Assembly (NCBI GenBank): GCA_040954595.2
Contig: CM082580.2
Span: forward strand, 124,001-188,000
DNA length: 64,000 nt
Reading direction: 5' to 3'
Origin: Balanoglossus misakiensis
Lineage: Eukaryota; Animalia; Hemichordata
A program made the translations under genes and the position numbers. Shown one piece after another: positions 1 through 13,270 of the stretch (positions within the stretch are counted from its first letter, which is position 1; each line of letters starts with the position of its first letter). Below the pieces are notes generated by a model. The model searched no databases. It saw only the letters and a program-made list of their open reading frames with translations, and was not told the origin of the DNA.

Positions 1-146
1 TAATGATATACCAAAGGCGGGGTCGTCTGTTGCACCTGCCTAAGTCATTGATTTTGTACATTTAATTAGACACTAACCAACAGGGCGATAGGTGTGGTTT
101 TTGTTCCACAGGGACGAATGTAAGTGTCAGTTGGTTTTTGCCCAAA

Positions 147-1004
147 TGTCCATTGAGGCCTGTATCCGTGATCTTAAGGACTGGATGACCCAAAACAAGC
201 TTCAACTCAACGACTCCAAAAACTGAGATTCTACTTATTCGTTCACAATTTCATCACTCTGCTGATGCTATTGACAAGATTACCATTGGTTCAAGCTCTG
301 TTCCCGTCGTTAAATCAGCTCGCAATATTGGTGTAATATTTGACAATACGCACATGTATAAAGATCACATCAAGAAAACTTGTCAATCAATATATTACCA
401 CTTTCGCCGTGTCGGACAAATCAGGAAATTTCTTAACAAAGCAACATGTCAAACAGTGATTCATGCTATTTTGGCAGCGAAACTCGACTATGGTAATGCA
501 TTACTGTATGGTATACCAGAACGCAGTCTGAACCTTCTACAACGCACACAAAATACAGCTGCAAGAATCATAACTCGGTCCAGGAAGTCTGCCCATATAA
601 CGCCAGTTCTTCAACTTCTTCATTGGTTACCAGTTCGCCACAGGATAGAGTATAAAATAAATCTGCTCACATACAAAGCCTTAAATAATCTCGCTCCGAA
701 CTATATCCGCGATCTCATTCGGACATATTCTCCTGGTCGCAGGCTTCGTTCAGCTAATAAGAGCCTTTTATGCACTACAATGTACAAACGTTCTTCATAC
801 GGTGGCCGAGCATTCTCTCATGCTGCAACGAAACTGTGGAACATTCGTCAAGCTCCAAGTTTGAGTATCTTTAAGAAAAGACTGAAGACGCATTATTTCG
901 CAAGAGCATATGGTGTGGGCCAATGAGCACAAGCGCCTTTGAGTATGACACTTGTTATAGATACTGGCGCTATACAAATTTCTCTGATTGATTGATTGAT
1001 TGAT
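147..1004 (+). mobile_element. 5'-truncated L2/CR1-clade LINE (C-terminal ORF2 plus 3' tail)
   Basis: IEACIRDLKDWMTQNKLQLNDSK/TEILLI (1-bp frameshift near 220) leads into ORF 354-926, which has KLDYGNALL, LQRTQNTAARII, LHWLPV and GRAFS..A..LWN. The element ends in ggcgctatacaaat followed by a (GATT)n tail, typical of L2. Confidence 0.88.
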
Positions 1005-1774
1005 GTATAAGGTGATTTGGATGACCTCTGTCATAGAGTGCCATATCTCATCCCGTTGTACAGGTGCATCTTTGGTATTTGGAGGGATGAAACTATCATG
1101 AAATGCCAAATACAGGGGGATACCTTTGACACCTGCTTGATTCATGTATTACGTGCATACCTAATGTTAGGCAAAGTGAAAGGGCTGCAAATGTAGGATT
1201 TGTTGCACAAGACATAAACAGGAATGAAATTTTTCTGTCAAATTTTTGAATGACCTCAGGTGTCCATTGACCTGCTTTCCATATGTTAGCATGCACATCA
1301 TATATAGCCACGTGTTTGGAGGGGTAGGGTAGGACCGTCATGAAATGCTAAATTCCTAGGGCCACCTGTAACTTACTTGCGTAACTCATTATTATGGCCA
1401 TACCTAATTTTAAAAACCCAAAGGGCGAGAATTTTCCGTTGTCTTGAATATGAACCAAATAGGAATCCAAATTTTTGGCCCAATTTTTGGGTACCCTCAG
1501 CTGACCTTTGAAGTACTTAACTGAAGTCCTTACATAACGTAGAAGTTCACTTGTGGTTGTTGTGTTTGTACTTGTAGGACATCCATTTCGGGTGGTTGCC
1601 TACTTCCCCATATCTCCACATCCAGAGCAAATACAGCCTACGCAATTGAATGGTACAACCCTGAATGGAGTCTAATGGTTATTATCTCTATGCTTGGGCC
1701 CATTCAATGCTGCTTGTAGCTTTAATTATTACTATTATTATTGTCACGATATAAAGACACCAACTAAAAACTTA

Positions 1775-2960
1775 CAAAATCACAATGTCTTCACAACTCA
1801 AAATTTCACTCACTTCTTTTAGTTTGGTAGCCACCCCTCCTTTCTGTCCTAGCATAACAGGAGCACCATCACTGCCCAAAGCAGACAGACGATCTCTTAA
1901 GACAATACCATTCTCTGAAGAAAACTCTTTCACTGACTGTGCAATGGTGTCTGCTCTGCCATCACCAACCTAAAACAGTGAAAATAAAACCTTGATGTTA
2001 ACACATGCAATGTACAACTCAATGTTTGTCTCACCTGAAATAACTAGTCAGCAAAATCAATTAAATGAGGTCACTCAAAAACATGTTTAATCGTATGTTT
2101 TTAATTCAGTGTAGACTTAAAAATTGAAAAACTTTCCACTTACTTCTTTAACTCCAAGGAAAGACACAACTGACTTCCCAGACTTCAAGGTGTACTTGGA
2201 ATAGATGATTAATTGCTTCAATACAGCCACATTAGTTGTTTTCATCTATTAACAGTGAATAGAAGTTACTTCCTTTCATCTTCTCTAAAATCTCATCACG
2301 GATGACTTTGCCTGAAAAATGAAATAAATGAAAATTACTCTTCAGATTAAACTTATCAAAATTCACAGTAATTTGTACAGTAATTATTCTTTATTGAGTG
2401 TAACACTATTGCTTAAACAGTGATCCTTTCTTGAAAACAACCAGGTTTAAATAAATGTTACTACATTGCCTACAATTTAGATCTGCACAAAAATCAGTAG
2501 ACCTACTTACCAATGCAATAAACCATTATAGTTGTGGTCATCACTGCTGAGAGTACCAAGGAATGAACACCCGAGGGACTTTGCCAATTCCAAAACATGG
2601 ATGAAGTTGGTGGTGTGCGGCAATTCTCTGTGCATGAGAAAATACATGCATCGTAGGACGCCGATGCATGAAGGCTTGCGTCTCAAAGGTGATGACCTTG
2701 TCAAATGCAGCCACAAGACCGCTGCTGTTCTCGATAACTGCTGCCTCGGCGTCAAGCTGCATTGCCGCCCGGTCGATAATCGTCTCTTCATGCTGCTTGA
2801 GTTTGTCTTCGCGAAGGGTGGTACATGTACATGGAGATGTTGTAACCCAAGTCCCTCCGCACTTGGCCTTCTGCTTGTGTTTTGTACAAAGGCGACAAAA
2901 CATCCCTAAACTGAATAAATATCATTCTCTCAAATGCCAGCCGCATGCGGGAGCGTGCAC
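1775..2960 (-). pseudogene. Degenerate intron-containing hAT (ZNF862/ZMYM-like) transposase relic
   Basis: Frameshifted pieces on the minus strand: MFCRLCTKHK (zinc-finger-like), YFLMHRELPHTTNF, FYSLLIDE/..VAVLKQLIIYSKY (~2145-2312) and DGRADTI...LGSDGAPVMLGQKGGVATKLK (~1775-1970). These match the hAT catalytic-region motifs DE(T/S) and SDGA. Confidence 0.75.
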
Positions 2961-3082
2961 CAGAAACAATAAATATTTACCAAGGCGGGAATGAAAAGAA
3001 AGCAGGGCGGCGCGTAAGATAGCAGGGTGGCAAAAAATAAAGGAGGGCGGGCCTGCCCAGCTAACCCCCCCCCCAAAGTATT

Positions 3083-3250
3083 AACGCTCTGTGTTTACCA
3101 TAGACTAATAGTGTCTCAAATTTTACCCTGTGTGAACCTGGTAAGAGACGTGTCTCAAATCTGAGAAGATTCAGGACCACTTAAACCATTCACCAATAAT
3201 AATTTATGCCAGTATTTGATCTGAGACGTTTTAGCAATTTCTTGTGTGAC
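3083..3250 (-). repeat. Dispersed repeat, related to 6965-7075 and 63458-63570
   Basis: Shared string ccaggttca..agggtaaaatttgagacacta..tggtaaacacagagc in all three places; this copy is reverse-complemented. Confidence 0.55.
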
Positions 3251-4649
3251 CCCCATATCAGTTGAAGCTGACAAATCCAGTATTTTGAATTTTTACATGG
3301 ATTTTGTATACAGTGTGAATTGTAATTAAAGCTCCATTACCTTTACCTTTTTCCTATGTTTTCAGTATCTTTGTTTAGCAGTTTCTTGTGCAAATTCCCG
3401 AAACATGATGAAACATATATGTGTATGGTCAGCATTGTTATTGTGCCAAATTGGAATTTAAGTCCAGACTAGAATCCATGAATCATTGTCAACAATGACA
3501 ATGGCCATTATACACATACATTCTGTGCTGACAAGTAACAATCTGTGTGGAGTAGAACATGAAATCGCATTTGCTACATAGAACAAAAATACTGGAAATA
3601 AAGCCAAAAGATACAACGAATGTATATTTAACTTTAACTGCATTCTCATTCTCATCTGTATATATTTTACTGAGATTGTTTCATCAGGGTTTATCAGTAT
3701 TCTAAACCAGCTTATGTGTGCATACAATCTGATTAAAATCAGATGTAGGGTACGGCGACGTCTTTTACTTCGCAGTACGGTATTCTTGTACTGTCGCCTC
3801 ACACTACATCTGACCAACTCCCATAGAAGCTCCCGTTGAAAACTCTAGTAAACCAATCAGACGGTGCCTTATAGAGAACTTTAGGTATCCTTCAGTTTTG
3901 ATTGACATAACGTGCAATCTGATTGGCTTGGCCGCAACGGGACGTTGAACAAGCTTCTATATCTGATTCATATAATACTGAAAGGGTTAAGAATGGCACA
4001 CACTACATGTATGAGCTCATGGAATGTGTTTCTTCCCATAGGATAACATTAAGAATTGATAGAAAACCCTTTTCTACTATTGTAATTTTAAGAAGTTTCA
4101 CTCATAACTCATCCAAATGAAATTAAATTGAGTGATTCATATAAGTTGTAGGCTCACCACTGTGCTCAGTTTTGAGATAAACTTAAATGTGTCCATGCCT
4201 ATAGAAAAATAACATAGAAAGACCTATGGTGAAAAATGTTGACTTTAATTCAGGCTGCATTAGTGGAAAAATAATCATACTTTGTCTGGCATAGAAACTC
4301 AGAATCTACAAAAAAGGCCTTTAAAACATGAATGGAAATGAAAATACTGCTACAATAAGAAATTCTTACCTTGAATAAAGTATTTATTGGTACCACCACT
4401 TCCATAAAGAAACCACTTTGCTGGTGTAATGAGTTGTCAATCTGGGTTTGCTCATTGGCCTTGCTTTGAGTTCCAATTCATGATGATGGTGTATTAGGAC
4501 ACTGGACTTGAAACAGGTGTATGCTGGTATTATACACGTTGAAAGTATTGTCATTCTTTTAATTGTGGATTTTTGGATTATGCTGTGTATGTATAATGAG
4601 AATTCGTTAAAAATTGTAGGGGTCATTGCCCTTTTTAAAAAAAATACAG

Positions 4650-4878
4650 AGCCATGAATTTAGTTGATAATAGAAGAAATTTGCTGTCTCAGCATTTTTC
4701 ACCAATGGTTTGTCTATGGGCGAAGATTTTAACGCAATTTATCTCATAATAGAGCTTGGTGACCACATAATTTTTTTTGACCAATGAATTTACGTTTACT
4801 TGACTGAGCTATGTGTAAAATTTCGTGAAAAAGACAATAGTAGAAGTTTGTTTTCTGGCAATTATCGATGTAATCCTT
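4650..4878 (+). repeat. Dispersed repeat, second copy at ~56042-56270
   Basis: Near-collinear match: atttagttgataatagaagaaa...gactgagctatgtgtaaaatttcgtgaaaa..gacaatagtagaagtttgttttct. Confidence 0.7.
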
Positions 4879-5237
4879 TCAGGAACAGACACACATGCAC
4901 TGTTTATCAGTTTATGTTGTGCGTGTACATCCTTAAATGGTATTTGCCTCTCATGCCTTCCAAATTGTGATTCTGTTCTAGTGTTTTTGTTAAGGGCGGT
5001 ACCTAGATAAAATCTACCGGAGTACCCCAGTCACTCCGAATTAAAACAACAGAACAAGGCCAATGTCACAGTGGTCAGGCAGTCTACCAGAGTTCCCCAG
5101 TCATTTTACCGGGGTTCCCCTGGGTGTATCAATGTGGTTATATTAGGAGGTTATAGGAATATTAACGGGGTTCCCAAATCCATTACCAGTGTTCCCCGAC
5201 CTTTGCAAAAACACTGTGTTCTTTTTATCCTCCACAG

Positions 5238-5811
5238 GAAGAGACAAAGAAAAGCATAGCAACCTCTGCTGATACTGCCACAACAAGCACAAGCACAAAC
5301 ACACCCCAGCCTGTAGCTTCTGCGAACCACAACCCCCACCCTATCCAGCCGCAGCATACCAGCAACACTTCCAGCAGATGTCATACCCGAACCCATTCGT
5401 GTCTCAGTACGCTGCGTTTGCAGGAGCCGGACAGCCGCCACGACACAGAGATGCGGCATCGAACAACGACAACACCGTTCAACCGCCAGCCGATGCAACA
5501 CCCCAGGCAGATGTCAACACTCCCCTAGCACCAGAACCTGCAACTGCCAACACAGAAAACACCCCCAGAGAAATGCCAATGACAATGCTACCACAGAGAC
5601 AAACATACGACAAAGAAATGTCAGCCAGCAAGGGTATGAGCAACCCAGAAGAAGAAACGACACACTATCAAATCAGAATAATCGCCAGATACGTCAGCAA
5701 GAAAATAGTAATTCTTTCGTGTTGATAGTGCTGTTGAGTCTAGCCTTAGCAGCTCTTATGTTGAGACGATTATTCATTACATACGAGTTTAAATTTGATT
5801 ATAATGTGTAG
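5238..5811 (+). pseudogene. UBE2J1: UBE2J1-like terminal exon (tail anchor) with two frameshifts
   Basis: Acceptor tttttatcctccacAG|GAA, then a low-complexity linker, ending SFVLIVLLSLALAALMLRRLFITYEFKFDYNV*. This resembles the UBE2J1 C-terminus recalled from memory (VLIVILTLALAALIFRRIYLANEYIFDF). Two -1 shifts are needed (~5320, ~5565). No UBC-domain exons were seen in the window. Confidence 0.62.
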
Positions 5812-6435
5812 TTTATGAAAATATTTAATTAATTCACAACTGATGACAGGTCAAATGTTATTATTTTCCTCGAGTTTTCATACACATCTGGAATGTTGTC
5901 TATATCTTAACAAAAACTATTGTTGAAAAGTCCTGGTGAAAAATCAAGCCAGCCATTATTTATTGTATTGAAATAGATGGGGGGAGGCACAATGAAAATG
6001 GCATATGTTTAGCCTATAGATTTCTGGAAACCACTGGTGAACTCGCTGATAGTACTGAGCAATCTGAATGATATGAACATAGTGGTTATTTGGTTGTAGA
6101 TACAAGACCTCTCTGCAAAATTTTCCTCAAAGAGGTTTTAAATCCGTAACCAAATATAAGCGCACACCATTTATAATGTCATTATATATAATATGATTTT
6201 GTGTGATAAAAAATCTGATGTTTGGATTTTAAGTATTACATGCCAGAAAGGCCTCGTTGCTCACTGCTCATGAAAATGCCACTTGTACAAACATGTTCTA
6301 GAATTTCTTAAGTAGAGCGCCCTGATGCCCATGACCAATCCAAGTTAATAAATTGTGTTCTATTCAGATGCATTCTCTTTTGTGTATTTTATTTCAGTTA
6401 TTTACTGTTCAGGTCTTCTAGTAGAGAATGTTATG

Positions 6436-6628
6436 ACAGAACCCCATGGCTCGATCGTGCAAGCACGGCGTAACGGTAGTATTTGCATCGAGTGTCTGGC
6501 GGTGTATTCTTGCGCCCGTCCCCCGCACTCGCTGTCGCTCGTGCGGGGGGCAGCAAGAATACACCGCCAGCACGAGTGCAAATACTACCGGTACGCCGTG
6601 CTTGCACGATTGAGCCATGGGGTTCTGT
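6436..6628. repeat. ~190-bp near-perfect GC-rich palindrome (MITE-like hairpin)
   Basis: acagaaccccatggctcgatcgtgcaagcacggcgta... pairs with ...tacgccgtgcttgcacgattgagccatggggttctgt around a ~12-nt loop. Confidence 0.85.
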
Positions 6629-8383
6629 TTTTATTACATATGTTCATCCCATTTTGAAAAAAAGACCGAAAATGAAAGAAATGAGACCGCGGAATGATAT
6701 TGCTTGTTTCGTGAACAGGCCACTCATTTGCATACAGGTATAGCATAATGTTTTTGGTATTGCACTGAGTGCAAATACCGATGTTACGCGCGCGCTCGGT
6801 GCAAGTAATCGACGGTACATATGTAATAAAAACCCTTGCTTCAACCAATTACAGAGCTTCAATCAGACCAAGTAAACCCTGGTATTATAAATTTATGATC
6901 TATGTTATACAGGTATAGGACATTTTGTCTTTCACCAACACTGGGTAAAATGAGAAACATTTCAGATACCAGGTTCAGGCAGGGAAAAATTTGAGACACT
7001 ATTTGCCTATGGTAAACACAGAGCATTAATCCTTTGAGTCGTTTGTGTCCACACACACAAAGTTTATGTATAGGCACTGCGAGGCTCGGCCCCATAGACA
7101 ATGGGTTGCGAAGAGGTGTTAATCATTACACCGGATCAGGTCTGGCTGGCAAAACCGTCTCAAATCTGAAACGTTCCAGGAAGACTTTAATTGTTCACAA
7201 AGTATTTTTTATGTCAATGTTTGAGTTGAGATGTTTCAGAAAACTTTCAATGGTCCCTATGTGAATGCCCTATTTTTAGTTCCTTTGTGTTGTATGTACA
7301 AACACATACAAGTTTCAGCTTTAGGGATCAGTCAGAGCATATTATCAAGCAGTCTGTCTATCGGTTGCTATGTGTGTGTGTGTCTCATCTCCACAAAAAA
7401 TATGTAGCACTACATGTACTTCATGAATCACAATATACACACAGTGACTGGCTGTGAGGGTAACATGTGGATGACATGATGGTGTTATAATGCTATTAAG
7501 TGCAAATGTAAAACCTGGACTACAGGCAAGATTTTTGAAAGGACGGTAAATGTTGATGCAAAGAATGTTTGAGTCAGCCTATGCACGTGAACTCAAATAT
7601 ACAGAAAAATTTACAAATCTTAAAGTAACATTTTCGTATGGAATTGTGTACTTTTGAAAATCATTTCAAAATCATGTTATAGACTTGTTGAAAGACTGTT
7701 GACTACATCTGATTAAAAAGAAACATGAAATTCAAGCAATAACCAGTTTTTTACTTCTCTCTTGTACATAATCATCATGACATGATCAATAGGTCATTGT
7801 CATGATCCCTATGTGACTTCTTGACTTGCATATTCATTGGAATGAATCCTCTATTTTGAATTAAAACTCTGTAAGTGCCAATAATATTCACTAATTTGAA
7901 TTCCCATTTTGATCTATTTTTTGAAAAACTTTTCGCCATGTATAGCTCGCACTATTTCTACAAAACAGGGACAAATTGGCTGAATTTCCAATGTTGTGTT
8001 AACTGTTTTATTAATCATGAGGAAAAAGCGCCGGGCTTATAACTTCCACGGGCGCGCCCAACATTATTTGGGCGATACCATTTTGTGGTAGGTGTCACTG
8101 GCAAACATGCACCGGACTTCTGATTTATATACTACATGTACTAGGGTCTCACTTGTTGCAACAGTGTTAAAGAAATCAAACGGTTTTGTTTTGGCCGGTA
8201 AACACCGATGGATTCACTCTTAAGTCCATCGTGCATCCAAACGCAGTCGAGTCGGTTCGGTCATTGTTTATGCGACAGTAAATGCCAAATGTGACAGAAG
8301 CATCATATTAAATGAGATAGAATACACAAACAAACAAAGATACGAATAAACAAACAGGCAAACAAACAAACAAACAACCATGA

Positions 8384-8639
8384 AGGACTGTTCAGAATTT
8401 ACTTCCAAGTTGGGGATGGAGGATTTTTTATTTTCCTGGTGATTTTTTCCCATGGTCTCCCCTAGTAAATTGTGGAGGAAATATGTGGTCCCCCCTTAAA
8501 TTTCCTGGGGATTTTCCATGGTCCCCCTATTGTGACTTTTATGTCTAGTCTCCCCTAATTTGTCTTGGAGAAAATGGGTGGTCCCCCCCCCCCCCTCTGA
8601 AAATTCTCCGCCCCCTGGAAGTAAATTCTGAACAGTCCC
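8384..8639. mobile_element. MITE, possibly PIF/Harbinger-like
   Basis: TIRs aggactgttcagaatttacttcca / tggaagtaaattctgaacagtccc; flanks tga / tta. Confidence 0.65.
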
Positions 8640-8743
8640 TTATTAAAGCCAACAGCTAGCACCCTGGCTTCTCTGCCAGAGGAGCGATAACATCGACAAA
8701 ATGCAGATACACAAGAAATGAGCACTTTATTCCACAAGTGAAG

Positions 8744-11700
8744 TAGTCTGTTCCCTGCCCCATTCCCACCGCTGGCTGCGCCCTTGAGCGTAGCGCCGAT
8801 GGCAGTGGGAATGGGGCAGGGGACCTAGTCCAGGAGCTAGATGCCGTTAATCAGAATTTTTGGTAAGGAAGGTTTGAGAGGTCCATTCTATGTAAAAAAT
8901 GGTGCTGATTCCAAAAATGTCAGTCTTATTGACCCCACTCAAGACAAAATTGCCATTTTGGCCATTTTTAACCCAAAAATGGTGTTTTTTTAGAAAACAC
9001 TAAAAACACACTGTTTTCGTCACATTCTAAGATCTGATGACATATGATATGCCTATTCTATGTAAAATTTGGTGAATATTACGAAAAAAATAGTTCGATT
9101 GACCCAATACAACAGAAAATTGCCTTTTTGACCATTTTTTGCCAAAAAAACGTCATTTTTAGAAAAAAATTAAAAAACACGGTTTTCTTCATAATAGTTG
9201 ATCTGGTGATATATGGAAAGTCAATTCTATGTTAAAAGTGGTGACTTTAAAAAAAAAAGCAGTCTTTTTGACCTCAATCAATACAAAAATGCCATTTTTG
9301 GCCACTTTTTGAGGTCAAAAAAGGTCATTTTTACAAAAAAAACTAAAAATAAATTGTGTTTTTCATATTCAGAGATCATTGGATATATGAAGTGTCCATT
9401 CTATGTAAAAAACGGTGCTGATTTCAGAAATAGCAGTCTTATTGACCCTACTCAAGAAAAAAAATGCCATTTTTGCCACTTTTTGCCCCAAAACGTCATT
9501 TTTAGAAAACACTCAAAATTTATATATTTTCTTCACTTATATGCCCATCCTATGTAAAACTTGGTGATTATTCCAAAAAAGCAGATTTATTGACCCAACC
9601 TAATGCAAAAATGCCCTTTTGGAAAGTTATTACCCAAAAAGGCCGTTTTTAGAAAAAAAAAATTAAAAACAAACTTTTCTTCATAAAGCTCAGAGATCAT
9701 GTGATATATGAAGTGTTCAACCTATGTAAAAAATGGTGCTAATTCCAGAAATAGCAGTCTTATTGATCCTACTCAAGAAAAAATGCCATTTTTGCCACTT
9801 TTGCCCCAAAAACGTCATTTTCAGAAAACACTCAAAATTTATATATTTTCTTCACTTTCGGAGATCTGATAATGTATTATATGCCCACTTTATGTGAAAA
9901 ATTTCCAAAAAAGCAGTTTTATTGATGCCACCCAAGATAAAAGTGCCCTTTGGCAAGTTTTTGCCCAAAAAGTGTCATTTCTAGAAAACACCCAAAACTT
10001 TTATATTTTCTTCACTTTCGGAGATGATGATGTATTATGTACCCACTCTATGTGAAAAAATTCAAAAAAAAATTACTAGCGCCACTCAAGAAAACAGTGC
10101 TTTTTTGACAAGTTTTTGCCCAAAAAGCCACTTTTCGAAAATCATTATAAACAAACTGTTTGATTCTTATTTGGAGATTCTATGATGTGTGAAAAGTACA
10201 TTTATTGTAAAATAGGTGTTGATTCCAGAAATGCAGTCTTAATGACCTCAACCATGATGAAATCACCTTTTTGGCTAAGTTTTGCACAAAATTGTTATTT
10301 TTAAGAATATATTAATACGCATTCTCTTTTCTTCACTTTCGGTGATCTTATTATAAATAAAAGCCCATTCTATATTGAAACGTGGTTACTGTTCCAAAAA
10401 CGGAAGTCTTACTTACCCTATTCAATTGAAATTTGTAATTTCGGCCACTTTTTTGGTCAAAAATGTTCATTAAAAACAAACAAACTAAAGACAAATTGTT
10501 TTCTCCATATTCAGAGATCTGATCATGTATGAAAAGTCCATTCTGTGTAAAATTTGGTGACTATTCCAAAAACGGCACTCTGGTTGTCAAAATTGCCTTT
10601 TTTGCTATTTGTAGCCAAAAATAGATCTACTCAAGAAAAAATTATCATTTTAGCCATTTTGTACCGAAAAAATGTTTGTATTTGGAGTTTTTGCAAAATT
10701 AGCCCAAGTTGAACTCATAATGATGATGAAACAGCGTCGAGAGGAAAAGAAGTTACGAATGGAACAAAACTCGCGTCAATGAATGTAAACACGCCGCCCG
10801 GGACCAAGCTCTAAACATGATACAGATGACAAAAGAAAGGCATTGCACATTGCCCAAATATTCCCATACAGCAGTTCCAAATTAAAACGTCAAGGGTTTT
10901 ATGTTTATTTAGTTTAAACCCACATTTTCCCTGCTGCGTGCTAGTTCAGGGGCCAGTTTTAGCAGTGCTCTATTGAGTATTCTAGCATCGTTGCACTCCT
11001 GTCCAATCAGTATGATATAAATTATAATATAATTTCTGATTTTGTATTCAGATTGAAGAGAATAAATTTCAACACTCTCTCCCGAGCTGGCATATCTGAA
11101 CCTAAATATTCCACACCACGCATAATCGACTTATAGTAGACAGTGCGTATACATGGATCATCTTATTGTTAAGTTCAGTTTTGGGCTAAATTTGCCAAAT
11201 TGTGGCAACCCTGTCTTTCAATATCATCAATTTAATTGACATTATATGGTTATGGCGTTTTAAATATGCATATACAACATCAGAACACAAAAGGCAAAAA
11301 CATCAATTATATTTGTTTTCTGAAAATGCCTATTGTTGACCAAAAGATCGCTAAATGGCAATTTTGTACTGAGCGGGGTGTCTCAATAAGACCGTTGTGC
11401 TGGTATCAGCATATTTTTTGCACACACACACAAAAAAAAACGAATTTACATACATCACAAGGGCTCTGAATATTAAGGAATAAGTTTGTATTTATTTTTT
11501 CTAACAGTTACCTTTTTGAGCAAAGAGGCCAAAATGATATTTTTTTCCCTCAGTGGGGTCAGTAAGAGTGGGTTTTTTAGTACTTTTATTTATCATTTGA
11601 TCACCAATGGGAAGAAAATGGCATAATTTTCGTATTTTCTAGAAATGACACTTTTTGGGCAAAAACTTGCCAAAAAGGCACTTTTATCTTGAGTGGCATC

Positions 11701-12822
11701 AATAAAACTGCTTTTTTGGAAATTTTTCACATACAGTGGGCATATAATTCATTATCAGATCTCCGAAAGTGAAGAAAATATATAAATTTTGAGTGTTTTC
11801 TGAAAATGACGTTTTGGGGGCAAAAAGTGGCAAAATGGCATTTTTTCTTGAGTAGGATCAATAAGACTGCTATTTCTGGAATCAGCACCATTTTTTACAT
11901 AGGATGAACATTTCATATATCACATGATCTCTGAGCTTTATGAAGAAAAGTTTGTTTTTAAATTTTTTTCTAAAAATGGCCTTTTTGGGCAAAAACTTTC
12001 CAAAAGGGCATTTTTGCATTAGGTTGGGTCAATAAATCTGCTTTTTTCGAATAATCACCAGATTTTACATAGGGTGGGCATATAATACATTATCAGATCT
12101 CCGAAAGTGAAGAAAATATATAAATTTTGTGTGTTTTCTGAAAATGACGTTTTGGGGCAAAAAGTGGCAAAAATGGCATTTTTTCTTGAGTAGGGTCAAT
12201 AAGACTGCTATTTCTGGAATCAGCACCATTTTTTACATAGAATGGACATTTCATATATCCAATGATCTCTGAATATGATAAACACAATTTATTTTTAGTT
12301 TTTTTGTAAAAATGACCTTTTTTGACCACAAAAAGTGGCCAAAAATGGCATTTTTGTATTGATTGAGGTCAAAAAGACTGCTTTATTTTTTAAAGTCACC
12401 ACTTTTAACATAGAATTGACTTTCCATATATCACCAGATCAATCATTATGAAGAAAACCGTGTGTTTTATTTTTTTTCTAAAAATGACGTTTTTGGGGCA
12501 AAAATTGGTCAAAAAGGCAATTTTCTGTTGTTTTGGGTCAATCGAACTACTTTTTTCGTAATATTCACCATATTTTACATAGAATAAGCATATCATATGT
12601 TATCAGATCTCAGAATGTGACGAAAACAATGTGTTTTTAGTGTTTTCTAAAAAAGACCATTTTGGGGTTAAAAATGGCCAAAATGGCAATTTTGTCTTGA
12701 GTGGGGTTAATAAGACTGACTTTTTTGGAATGAGCACCATTTTTTACATAGAATGGACTTCTCAAACCTTCCTTACCAAAAATTCTGATTAACGGCACCT
12801 ATCTCATAGTGTAACCAGACTA
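8744..12822. mobile_element. Small TAG...CTA MITE with 9-bp TSD, split by the foldback insertion
   Basis: TSD caagtgaag at 8735-8743 and 12823-12831; termini tagtctg / cagacta; internal hairpin at 8748-8828. Confidence 0.72.
8840..12799. mobile_element. Foldback-type DNA element with ~1.2-kb inverted arms made of ~170-bp subrepeats
   Basis: 8840-~10060 is the reverse complement of ~11630-12799 (gatgccgttaatcagaatttttggtaagg / ccttaccaaaaattctgattaacggcacc). TA flanks both ends. The motif attctatgtaaaa recurs about every 170 bp. No ORF in the centre. Confidence 0.85.
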
Positions 12823-12946
12823 CAAGTGAAGAACCCCAGTAACAGACGTAACGAACAAACAAACTACATGTACTAACAACAAAGCAAGAAAAGTGTCAAG
12901 CGTCGTCAAAGAAAACGAAATAGTTCTAGCATGGTTGGTAAAAGTT

Positions 12947-13025
12947 ATATAATATTTAAAGCCTAATCACTCCGCTCAATGATATACCTATTATTATAAG
13001 GAATGGGTTAAAGAGCCTGATGTTG
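12947..13025 (-). repeat. Split direct repeat B2 (79 bp, element 3' end)
   Basis: Identical to 13269-13347. Confidence 0.95.
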
Positions 13026-13155
13026 GTAATCATGAGCGAAATGATAAAAAGGGGGTGGGCGGGTGGGCGAACACCTTACCCGATCCCCACTTCCTCCTAC
13101 ATAGTCACCTTATCCCCCTCCTGGGTACTCGATCCTAATTACATCTTAACTTCTA

Positions 13156-13270
13156 TAAGTCTGGAAGCAAGGGATTGGCCACAAGTAGCATTCTCTTCTT
13201 ACTTATATACACTGGTCTTATGAATATTCATGGCGTAATAATCTCGCTATGTGATAAGGCTTTGAATAAT
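13156..13270 (-). repeat. Split direct repeat A2 (115 bp)
   Basis: Identical to 19315-19429. Confidence 0.95.

Noticed and set aside
9044-12596. Mirror-image short ORFs in the foldback arms
   Set aside because: Low-complexity K/F-rich translations of AT-rich repeats.
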